Part shown: piece after piece, positions 18,591 to 25,025 of the stretch
Layout: the number at the start of each line of letters is the position of its first letter
How positions within the stretch are numbered: the first letter of the stretch is position 1
Origin: a virus
Taxonomy: Duplodnaviria > Caudoviricetes
Length of the DNA stretch: 25,025 nt
Reading direction: 5' to 3' (one strand)
IMG/VR virus record: IMGVR_UViG_3300033076_001307
Location: 1 to 25,025 of that record
Notes under the pieces: generated by a model
Databases searched by the model: none
Seen by the model: the letters and a program-made list of their open reading frames with translations, nothing else
What the model was told of the DNA's origin: nothing
Made by a program: the position numbers and the translations under genes

Positions 18591-19763
18591 TCACGGCTCC
18601 TTCGGCAAAAAGTAAACCTTGCTCCCATTATGGGACTTGGACGCTACGACGCTGCGGGCGCGCAGCTCTGACAACATGCGCCCCAGCACCACCTGTTGGC
18701 GCCGCACCGACGCACCCTCGACCTCGATGTCGAGGCTCTTGCAGAGATCCAGCACGTCCAGGCTCGACAGTCGGGCCGCGCCGTGCTTTGCCCACCAGGC
18801 CGGCAGAACGCGGCGCCACCAGTCCGGCAGCGTCGGCGAGGTCGAGGCTTCCAGCGCTGGCTCCGACGCGGGCTCACCACCCTCCAATTCAGCGGCGGCT
18901 TGTTCCTCGATCGGCGCGCTCATAGACGAGATGCCGTTGTCGCTCTCGCCATTCATCCCCTCGGTGGCTGAGGCGTCCGCCCCGATCGAGGTCTCGGAGG
19001 TCGCGGTTGGCTCGGTCTTCCTCTCGCCGTCGACGATCAGCGGCGGAGTCTCCTTCGACTTCGAGGGGGGTTCCCCACTGTTGCTGGTATTCCTGTTGGA
19101 ATGCTCTCCATTTTTCGGGAGTGTCGTATGTGACGCCTCCGAGTCGGATGGGGGCGAAGCCGGTGGGGACAACGGTGGCGTCGTCTGGATCGGGGGCGTC
19201 GCCTCGGCAGACGGGGCAGGCATTGACGAGGCGTCCGCCGATGGTGACGTATCGCTCTCGGACGTGGCACTGGCAGCGGGGGGGCATGGCTCCTCCAAAA
19301 GATGTGGGGCGCAGAGGCCGACATCGAACCCCATGTCCGTGTAGGCGTCGGCGAGGTCGGCGGTGGTGAGGGAGACGCCCTCGCACCGGGTATGGGGCGG
19401 CAGGCGCCAGCACCGGGCATAGGTGCGCGTCGCGTCCGGGCGCATCGACACCCACGCCACGATGTACCGCCGCACCTCGTTCAGGCACCAGAGCTGCAGC
19501 GACTCGCCGCGATGGCGCTGGACGCAGCCGCGCCAGTGCCGCGCCGCCACCCGCGCCACCCACGCGAGCACTTCGACGTGCGGCATGTTCTCCTCACCGT
19601 GCGCCTCCCCAAAGTGGGCGCGGACGTTCCCGATCAGCACATAGGGATCGTGCTCCCCCATGAACCGGTGGCGGTTGTCCGCGTCCGCCAACGGATAGGA
19701 CGACGGCGGAGCCTGAAGGGCGCGCAGCGGCGAGGTCGGCAGATTCTCTACGATGTCGGGCAT
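18591..19763 (-). CDS. Hypothetical protein, 390 aa: N-terminal domain, S/T/P-rich linker, C-terminal winged-helix-like domain
   Basis: AAGGAGG SD; fills the gap between the portal and the 67-aa ORF exactly; both termini look globular. Confidence 0.6.
   Translation of the reverse strand: MPDIVENLPTSPLRALQAPPSSYPLADADNRHRFMGEHDPYVLIGNVRAHFGEAHGEENMPHVEVLAWVARVAARHWRGCVQRHRGESLQLWCLNEVRRYIVAWVSMRPDATRTYARCWRLPPHTRCEGVSLTTADLADAYTDMGFDVGLCAPHLLEEPCPPAASATSESDTSPSADASSMPAPSAEATPPIQTTPPLSPPASPPSDSEASHTTLPKNGEHSNRNTSNSGEPPSKSKETPPLIVDGERKTEPTATSETSIGADASATEGMNGESDNGISSMSAPIEEQAAAELEGGEPASEPALEASTSPTLPDWWRRVLPAWWAKHGAARLSSLDVLDLCKSLDIEVEGASVRRQQVVLGRMLSELRARSVVASKSHNGSKVYFLPKEP
18889..19287 (-). 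CDS. Nested 132-aa Zn-ribbon-like protein (MPPRCQCH...ACPVCRG...)
   Basis: GGAGGAG directly upstream of ATG 19287; CxC...CxxC motif; strongly C-ending codons in its first half. Small Zn-ribbon genes are common between portal and scaffold. Confidence 0.65.
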   Translation of the reverse strand: MPPRCQCHVRERYVTIGGRLVNACPVCRGDAPDPDDATVVPTGFAPIRLGGVTYDTPEKWRAFQQEYQQQWGTPLEVEGDSAADRRRREEDRANRDLRDLDRGGRLSHRGDEWRERQRHLVYERADRGTSRR

Positions 19764-19784
19764 CCTTGCTCCTCCTTCAATTTA

Positions 19785-21659
19785 TCAGACACCGATCCCC
19801 CCCGCTAGCTGCGGATCGGTCGGACTCTCTATCGGTGGCTCCTCTGTCTCTGGCGCCTCCTCCAGCTCCTCCTCCGGCTCCGGCTCCTCTCTGTCGGCGG
19901 AGGCCTCCGGCGCAGCCCCCATGCTCTGCATCAGCGTGGTGGCCAGCTCCTCCAGCAGCCCGCTCACCGTCCCGAGGGGGGCGGCGATCTCTGGGGGGAG
20001 CTGCGCAGCCGCCGCCTCCAGCGGGGCGAGCTGCTGCGCGACCTGGTGGAGCAGCCCCAGCGCCGCCCTCGCCACGTCGCCGTCGACCGCGCCGGCACCC
20101 TTGTTCGGCTCAGTCGACGCGAGCACCGCCGACGGCAGCCCCCACGCCTGGACGAACATCTCATCCAGCTCATGCACGTCGAAGGGCGCCGGCTCCCCCG
20201 CCGCCGCTGCCGCTTGGTTGCGGGCGCCCATGAAATTGTAAAGCGTCTGGAATTGCTCGCGCAGCACCATGCGCGTCGACTCCGTCCCGTTGTACGTGAT
20301 CAGCTCGACATCCCCGGCCAGCTCGCCGATGTCCCCCTTCCGCCCTCCCAGGTACCACAGCGCGAGCAACCCCACCCGCGCCCACGCCTGCTGGAACCGA
20401 GACGTGCGGAGCCCCAGCCGGGTGCGCTGCTGCGACTCGATCAGCGCGAGCTCCGTGGCGGTGCGGGCGCCGGAGACCTGGCCGCGCGCCGCGTCCGCCA
20501 GCGCCGACGTGTACTGCACGATGGACTCCAGCTTCCCCATGAGGTCCGGCAATTCCTTCGGCGTCTCCGGCACCGGCGCGCTCCAGAACGCCGTCTTAGG
20601 GTCGATCCCGCTGCCCTTGCCCGCGCCCTTCACCGCGACGTAGTCCCCCGGCATGGCCGTCGCCATCCGCACCACGCTCTCCTCATCCACCTGCGCCGCG
20701 TCGTAGCCAGTGACCGGCACCGCCCGCCGCACGATGGTCAGGATCCAGGACAGAAACCGGTTGATGGCCTCGATGTTGTCGAGGCAGAGCTGAACCTCAG
20801 ACAGCCCCAGGCAGTTCTCCCCGTTGTAGTTCAAGTTGTAGAGCGTGTACGGACACACGTACTCCTTCCCCATCTTCAGGTGGAAGATCGGCGCGTCTGT
20901 CACGCCGTCGATCCACTTCGTCATCTCCTTCCGCTCGTTGTCCCACACCTCCCAGATCATCAGGAAGCGACCATCTTTATTTGAGTCCGCCGCCGCTCTC
21001 GACACCCACGCCGGGTAGCCGCGCGCGTAGTCCCGCAGCCGCTGGAGCTTGCCGCCGGAGAGCAGCGTGGGCGGCAGCCGGTAGGGCTTGCCGTGGCCTT
21101 CCTGCTCCAGCAGCTCCTCCGGCGTCATCACGCACAGCTCGACAAAGAATTTCAGATCCTGCGGCCGCCGGGTCGAGAGGTCGAACAGCACCGTACCCGG
21201 CGCGAGGGCGCGCACGCTCACCCCCTTGCACGTCGCGCCCTTCCCCTTCCCCCCCTCCAGGATCGGCATCGTCTTCAGGATGGACCGTCCGAACAGCACG
21301 GCGTCCGTCATGGAGATCACCGCCTCCTCACGCCAGGATCGTTTACGCGCCTCGCGGTTGACGGTCTGCTCCAGCTTCGGCGCGCACCACGCCGGGCGCT
21401 CTGCCTCTGCCGCCACGCTCCACTTCAGGTTCGGCGGCACCATCGAGCTCACCGCCGACTCCGTGATGGCAAACACGAGGTTGTAGCTCGTTCGCGTGAC
21501 GGCGATCGTCTTGTCGCCCGTCACGCCGTCGTTCCAGTATTTGCCCTGGTAGATCTCCAGCGCTCGCTTGAACGGGTCGCGCTCGTGCTGCTTCGCGTAG
21601 GTGAGGAGGTCGGCGATGATCTGCGGCCAGTTGGGTCCGCGCCAGGCGGGGTCGGGCAT
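19785..21659 (-). CDS. Portal protein, 624 aa
   Basis: YQGKYW...NLVFAITES, GQVSGARTATELALIESQQRTRLG (TATE motif of podoviral portals), acidic tail; follows the large terminase. Confidence 0.85.
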   Translation of the reverse strand: MPDPAWRGPNWPQIIADLLTYAKQHERDPFKRALEIYQGKYWNDGVTGDKTIAVTRTSYNLVFAITESAVSSMVPPNLKWSVAAEAERPAWCAPKLEQTVNREARKRSWREEAVISMTDAVLFGRSILKTMPILEGGKGKGATCKGVSVRALAPGTVLFDLSTRRPQDLKFFVELCVMTPEELLEQEGHGKPYRLPPTLLSGGKLQRLRDYARGYPAWVSRAAADSNKDGRFLMIWEVWDNERKEMTKWIDGVTDAPIFHLKMGKEYVCPYTLYNLNYNGENCLGLSEVQLCLDNIEAINRFLSWILTIVRRAVPVTGYDAAQVDEESVVRMATAMPGDYVAVKGAGKGSGIDPKTAFWSAPVPETPKELPDLMGKLESIVQYTSALADAARGQVSGARTATELALIESQQRTRLGLRTSRFQQAWARVGLLALWYLGGRKGDIGELAGDVELITYNGTESTRMVLREQFQTLYNFMGARNQAAAAAGEPAPFDVHELDEMFVQAWGLPSAVLASTEPNKGAGAVDGDVARAALGLLHQVAQQLAPLEAAAAQLPPEIAAPLGTVSGLLEELATTLMQSMGAAPEASADREEPEPEEELEEAPETEEPPIESPTDPQLAGGIGV

Positions 21660-21685
21660 GGTGCCTCACTTCGGCAAGGGGGGCG

Positions 21686-23305
21686 TTACAGCGAGGGCGG
21701 GGCAGGCCGCGCCCGGAAGCGTTCGAGGTCGGCGACGCGGACGCTCCCGATGGGGAGCGGGGCGCGCGGCGCGGGGAGCGGGGGCGGCTTCAGGCGGTCG
21801 AGGAGATCCGCCGCCATAAAGTATGTCTGGCATCTATCCCAGTGGTGGCTCTCGCCGTCCTCTGTGACGCGCTTCGAGGTGCCGTCCCACGCCAGTAATT
21901 GTAGCAGCCCCATCCGGGATCGGATGGCGATGTCCTGATCCTGGAGCAGCCGGGTCAGCGCCGCGATCGAGCGCTGCTTTGAGTCGCGCGTGGTGTACCA
22001 GCCGGGGTGGTGGATGCTCTCTCCCCAGATGTGGCGGTAGCCGGTGGCCACGGCCGTAGCCACGCAGGCCGCCGCGTTGCTCTCGATCACCAGCACCGCC
22101 TCGTTCCACCTCCGGGCGATCTCCACCAGGCGGCGCCCGAACAGCGACGGATCGACCCGCCCGCTCCAGCTCGCCGCCTCCCGCCTCCCGTAGAGATCCC
22201 AGACGGTGTACGCCGACGGGTCGCCCGCCGCGCCGTAGCCGTTGGGGTCGGCGAAGATGTAGTACTTCACTCCGAGCTGCGGCTTTTCTCCGCCGAACCC
22301 CTCCCCCATCGGCGGATCGGCCAGAGCCGACAGCTCCAGCACCCGCAGCGGGTCCGGCGGCAGCGCCGGCTGCTGGCTCGACAGCCACCCGTCGAACGGG
22401 TCGAAGGGGTAGCTGTTGCGGAACAGCGCCTCGTTGCCGTCGAACACCGTGTCCAGCGCGCTCCGCATGAACCACAGGTGCTCGACCGTGATCCCAGGGT
22501 ACATCGTCAGCAGCCCGTCCAGCGTCGCGTCCGGACGCCAGCCCGGCGGCGGGGTGCGCTGGTAGCTCGCGTGCTGCCACCACGGGATGAAGATGGGGCG
22601 GAACCGGCTGCGGCCTTCGAGGGCGGCGTACCACACCTTCTGGTAGTGGCTGCCGTGCTGGGACGGGGTGGACTCGATCACCACCCGCGCATGCCGGCGC
22701 TTGAGCAACGTCGGGAACAGGAGGCTCGACACCCGCGCCGCGTTGCGCCAGAAGCCAAACTCAGAACACATCAGCCGGTCGATGCTGAATCCAATGGCCG
22801 GGTTCTGCCCCTTCGCCGTCAGCGCCTTCCAGCGGCCGCCGTGGCTGAACGCCATCCCCTTCGTCGACATCCGGGTCTGCGGCACGCGCATCTGCGGGGG
22901 CTGGCTTTCGTGCATCAGCTTGACCCGCTCGAATAGCTCTTGCGTGGTCGAGTCCTTGTCGCAGATGATCGCGCCGTTGGCGCCGGGCGTGTACTCCAGC
23001 TCGCGCAGCATCCAGGCCGCGCAGAGGGTGGAGATCATCGACTGCCGGGGCTTGTTGACGATCACCCAGTCGCCCGCCTCGCCGCAGGGCGCGGAGGCCA
23101 GCGCCGCCAGCGTCGACTCCTGAGTGGTGCTCGGCCGCAGCGGCACCAAGCCCGCGCCGTCCGAGAGCTGCTCCGGCTGGATCTTCGTTTGCGTCAAAAA
23201 CCCACGGAAGGAGTCCCGCGCCGCCGCGCACACCTCGCCGTCCAGCTCGACCGCCGGACGCTGCGCCTGCGCCCGGCTCCGCCCCCGCCCCCGCCCGGCC
23301 GCCAC
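21686..23305 (-). CDS. terL: Terminase large subunit, 539 aa
   Basis: Walker A-like VIVNKPRQSMIST, Walker B LMCSEFGFW, motif III VIESTP, FIPWW; RNase H-like nuclease motifs YYIFADP, DPSA..VWD, LVIESN, HHWD. Confidence 0.9.
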   Translation of the reverse strand: MAAGRGRGRSRAQAQRPAVELDGEVCAAARDSFRGFLTQTKIQPEQLSDGAGLVPLRPSTTQESTLAALASAPCGEAGDWVIVNKPRQSMISTLCAAWMLRELEYTPGANGAIICDKDSTTQELFERVKLMHESQPPQMRVPQTRMSTKGMAFSHGGRWKALTAKGQNPAIGFSIDRLMCSEFGFWRNAARVSSLLFPTLLKRRHARVVIESTPSQHGSHYQKVWYAALEGRSRFRPIFIPWWQHASYQRTPPPGWRPDATLDGLLTMYPGITVEHLWFMRSALDTVFDGNEALFRNSYPFDPFDGWLSSQQPALPPDPLRVLELSALADPPMGEGFGGEKPQLGVKYYIFADPNGYGAAGDPSAYTVWDLYGRREAASWSGRVDPSLFGRRLVEIARRWNEAVLVIESNAAACVATAVATGYRHIWGESIHHPGWYTTRDSKQRSIAALTRLLQDQDIAIRSRMGLLQLLAWDGTSKRVTEDGESHHWDRCQTYFMAADLLDRLKPPPLPAPRAPLPIGSVRVADLERFRARPAPPSL

Positions 23306-24018
23306 TACCCGACCCCCCGCCGGGGCGGGACGCTGCTGAGCGGGCGCCCCCGCGACGCTGACGCCGTCGACTGCAGCGAGCTCTGCGACGCCAGCGCCGC
23401 CGCCACCTTCGGATCTGCGTCCGCCTCACGCGCCGACGTCGGCACCGGCTGCGGCTGCGGCACGACGTCCGCCCACGCGCTGCGCCCCCGCCCGCGAGCT
23501 GCCGGCTGCTGCGCTTGCTGCGGCTCCGGCTGCTGCGCTTGCTGCGGCTGCGACCCCAAAAGGTGCGGTGGCTGCGGCTGCTGCGGCTGCTGCGCTTCGT
23601 GTGCTTGCTGCGGCTGCTGCGCTTGTTGCGGCTCCGGCTGCTGCGCTTGTTGCGGCTCCGGCTCCGGCTGCGGCACCAGCGCCAGCGCCGGAGGCCCTGG
23701 TGGCGACAGGCGCCGCTCCGGCTGCTGCGCTTCGTCCAGCCCCCCGTCCGCCCCTCCGTCCAGCTCTCGCAGCAGCGCCGCCTTGTAGCTCGCCGCCTTG
23801 CTCGCCTCCGCCGCCGTCTGATCCGGCTCGACCCCGGCCAGCGCGTTCAAGAGCAGCACCAGATCCTTGACCGGCATGCGCGCGCGCGTCTCGTCATCTC
23901 GAAGCCGGAAGTGCAGCTCGCGCATCACCTGGTCTGCGAGCTGCGCCGCCGTCGGCGTCGGGCCAGTCGGCAGCGCCGATGCCGTGGCAGATGCAGGGGG
24001 GCGGCGAGGTCGAGGCAT
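23305..24018 (-). CDS. Putative terminase small subunit, 237 aa, with a Q/P-repeat tail
   Basis: Its stop overlaps the terL start (TAGTG); short helical core (MPVKDLVLLLNALAG). The assignment is by position only. Confidence 0.5.
   Translation of the reverse strand: MPRPRRPPASATASALPTGPTPTAAQLADQVMRELHFRLRDDETRARMPVKDLVLLLNALAGVEPDQTAAEASKAASYKAALLRELDGGADGGLDEAQQPERRLSPPGPPALALVPQPEPEPQQAQQPEPQQAQQPQQAHEAQQPQQPQPPHLLGSQPQQAQQPEPQQAQQPAARGRGRSAWADVVPQPQPVPTSAREADADPKVAAALASQSSLQSTASASRGRPLSSVPPRRGVG
23503..23672 (-). repeat. Tandem repeats encoding PQQAQQPE units
   Basis: Repeated GGCTGCTGCGCTTG(C/T)TGC(GGCTCC) on the + strand. Confidence 0.9.
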
Positions 24019-24026
24019 TCCTGAAA

Positions 24027-24055
24027 ACTTTAGGATGCGGGATCGCCGCTGTCCA
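24027..24055 (-). promoter_or_regulatory. Sigma70-like promoter of the packaging/virion operon
   Basis: TGGACA (24050-24055)-N17-TAAAGT (24027-24032), 8 nt upstream of ATG 24018. Confidence 0.6.
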
Positions 24056-24621
24056 GTCTTTTGCTCACACGTTCAGCAGACGATGTCTGCGCGCCGACCG
24101 ACCGACCGCCTCGACCGCCACCCGCACCGCCCGCACCGCCCGCGCTTCGGTGGTCGGCTTCTCGTTCTAAGTTCCTGCTCAGTCTCTGTTTGGGGGCGGA
24201 TCGCCGCATCCACCGTGGGGCGCACCGCCGCCACCACCGTGGGGCGCGCCGCTGCGCCAGGGTGGATGCAGCCGCTACACCACCCCCCCGCTCCATTAGG
24301 CCACCCCCGCCGGTCGCCGTCGCCGTCGCAGTCGCCCTCGATGTCCGCCGCGCCGCGCCTGTACACCGGCAGCCGACACCACCGCCAGCCACGCCGCACG
24401 CCGCTACGCCAGAGAACGGCAGGCCAGATGCCGCGTATGCCGCACTCTTACGCCGCCATTCCCCGCCGCACCGCCGACGCACCCGCCGCACCGCCCGGTT
24501 CGAGCGGGCCGCCCTCGCCGCCGTCGCAGTCGGTGTAGCCGTCACCGTCTCCGTCTTCGTCGACGCTGGCGCGGGGCGCCTCCGTCAGCGCCCCGTCCTG
24601 CCCACGTCGATCACCGGCCGG

Positions 24622-25025
24622 TCACTGTCGGCGCCGTCGCTCTCGCCGCTGGATCGCGTCCAGCCTCGCCGCCCGGCACTCCAGCACCGCCCGCTCTGCC
24701 TCCGCGAGCGCCGCCCCGATCTCTCCCACCGTCGCCGCCAGCCGCTGGGGCGCGACACCTTCGAGCTGCGCCGCCAGCCGCCGCGCCGTCACGGCCATTC
24801 CCTGCGCCTGGTACCGCAGCCCCTCCGGCATGGCATGCTCCACCGGGATCATCCCGGCGGCGTCCCACGGCGCCGCGAGCTCCGCCACCTGGAGATCGAC
24901 CGCCGCCAGCCGCGCCAGCAGCCCCGGCACCGCCTGCCGCGCCGCCTCCACCGCCGCCTCGCACGCCGTCCGCTCCGCCGCCTCCCGCGCCGCCGCCGCC
25001 TCCCGCGCCGTCGCCGCTTCCCGCG
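24622..25025 (-). CDS. Hypothetical Ala/Arg/Glu-rich helical protein, 5'-truncated by the window edge
   Basis: The frame stays open upstream of the supplied GTG 24951 to the edge (...REAATAREAAAAREAAERTACEAAVEAARQAVPG...). Confidence 0.65.
   Translation of the reverse strand, partial: REAATAREAAAAREAAERTACEAAVEAARQAVPGLLARLAAVDLQVAELAAPWDAAGMIPVEHAMPEGLRYQAQGMAVTARRLAAQLEGVAPQRLAATVGEIGAALAEAERAVLECRAARLDAIQRRERRRRQ

Noticed and set aside
23503-23672. Tandem repeats here and at 5611-5730 as a CRISPR or DGR-type array
   Set aside because: They are in-frame coding repeats without unique spacers. No cas or reverse transcriptase gene and no template/variable repeat pair was seen.
24611-24624. 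Palindrome ACCGGCCGGT after the last gene as a terminator or operator
   Set aside because: Short GC-rich palindromes are frequent by chance here, and there is no loop or U-tract.

Overview
A very GC-rich (roughly 70% or more by eye) tailed-phage segment with podovirus-type architecture and two convergent transcription arms that meet at about 2 kb. The minus strand carries a tightly coupled morphogenesis operon from 24018 down to 1991: putative terminase small subunit, terminase large subunit, portal, a 390-aa ORF with a Cys-motif (Zn-ribbon-like) gene nested inside it, a small ORF, scaffold, major capsid, cement protein, head-tail adaptor, nozzle, two paralogous tail proteins, three internal (ejection) virion proteins and one small ORF. 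The plus strand carries a partial gene, a 22-aa leader-like ORF, a structured lower-GC leader, a GH46 chitosanase-like endolysin, a holin-like protein and small ORFs. The most notable observations are: (1) a candidate anti-SD/anti-anti-SD RNA switch on the endolysin, with its upstream arm lying under three Arg codons (AGA-CGA-AGG) of a leader peptide; (2) a fully overprinted gene in the head operon; (3) a parS-like palindrome; (4) three paralogous tail modules split 2+1 over two genes; (5) two similar sigma70-like promoters, one predicting a near-leaderless terS mRNA. All product calls come from motif reading and synteny only; no database search or folding program was run.
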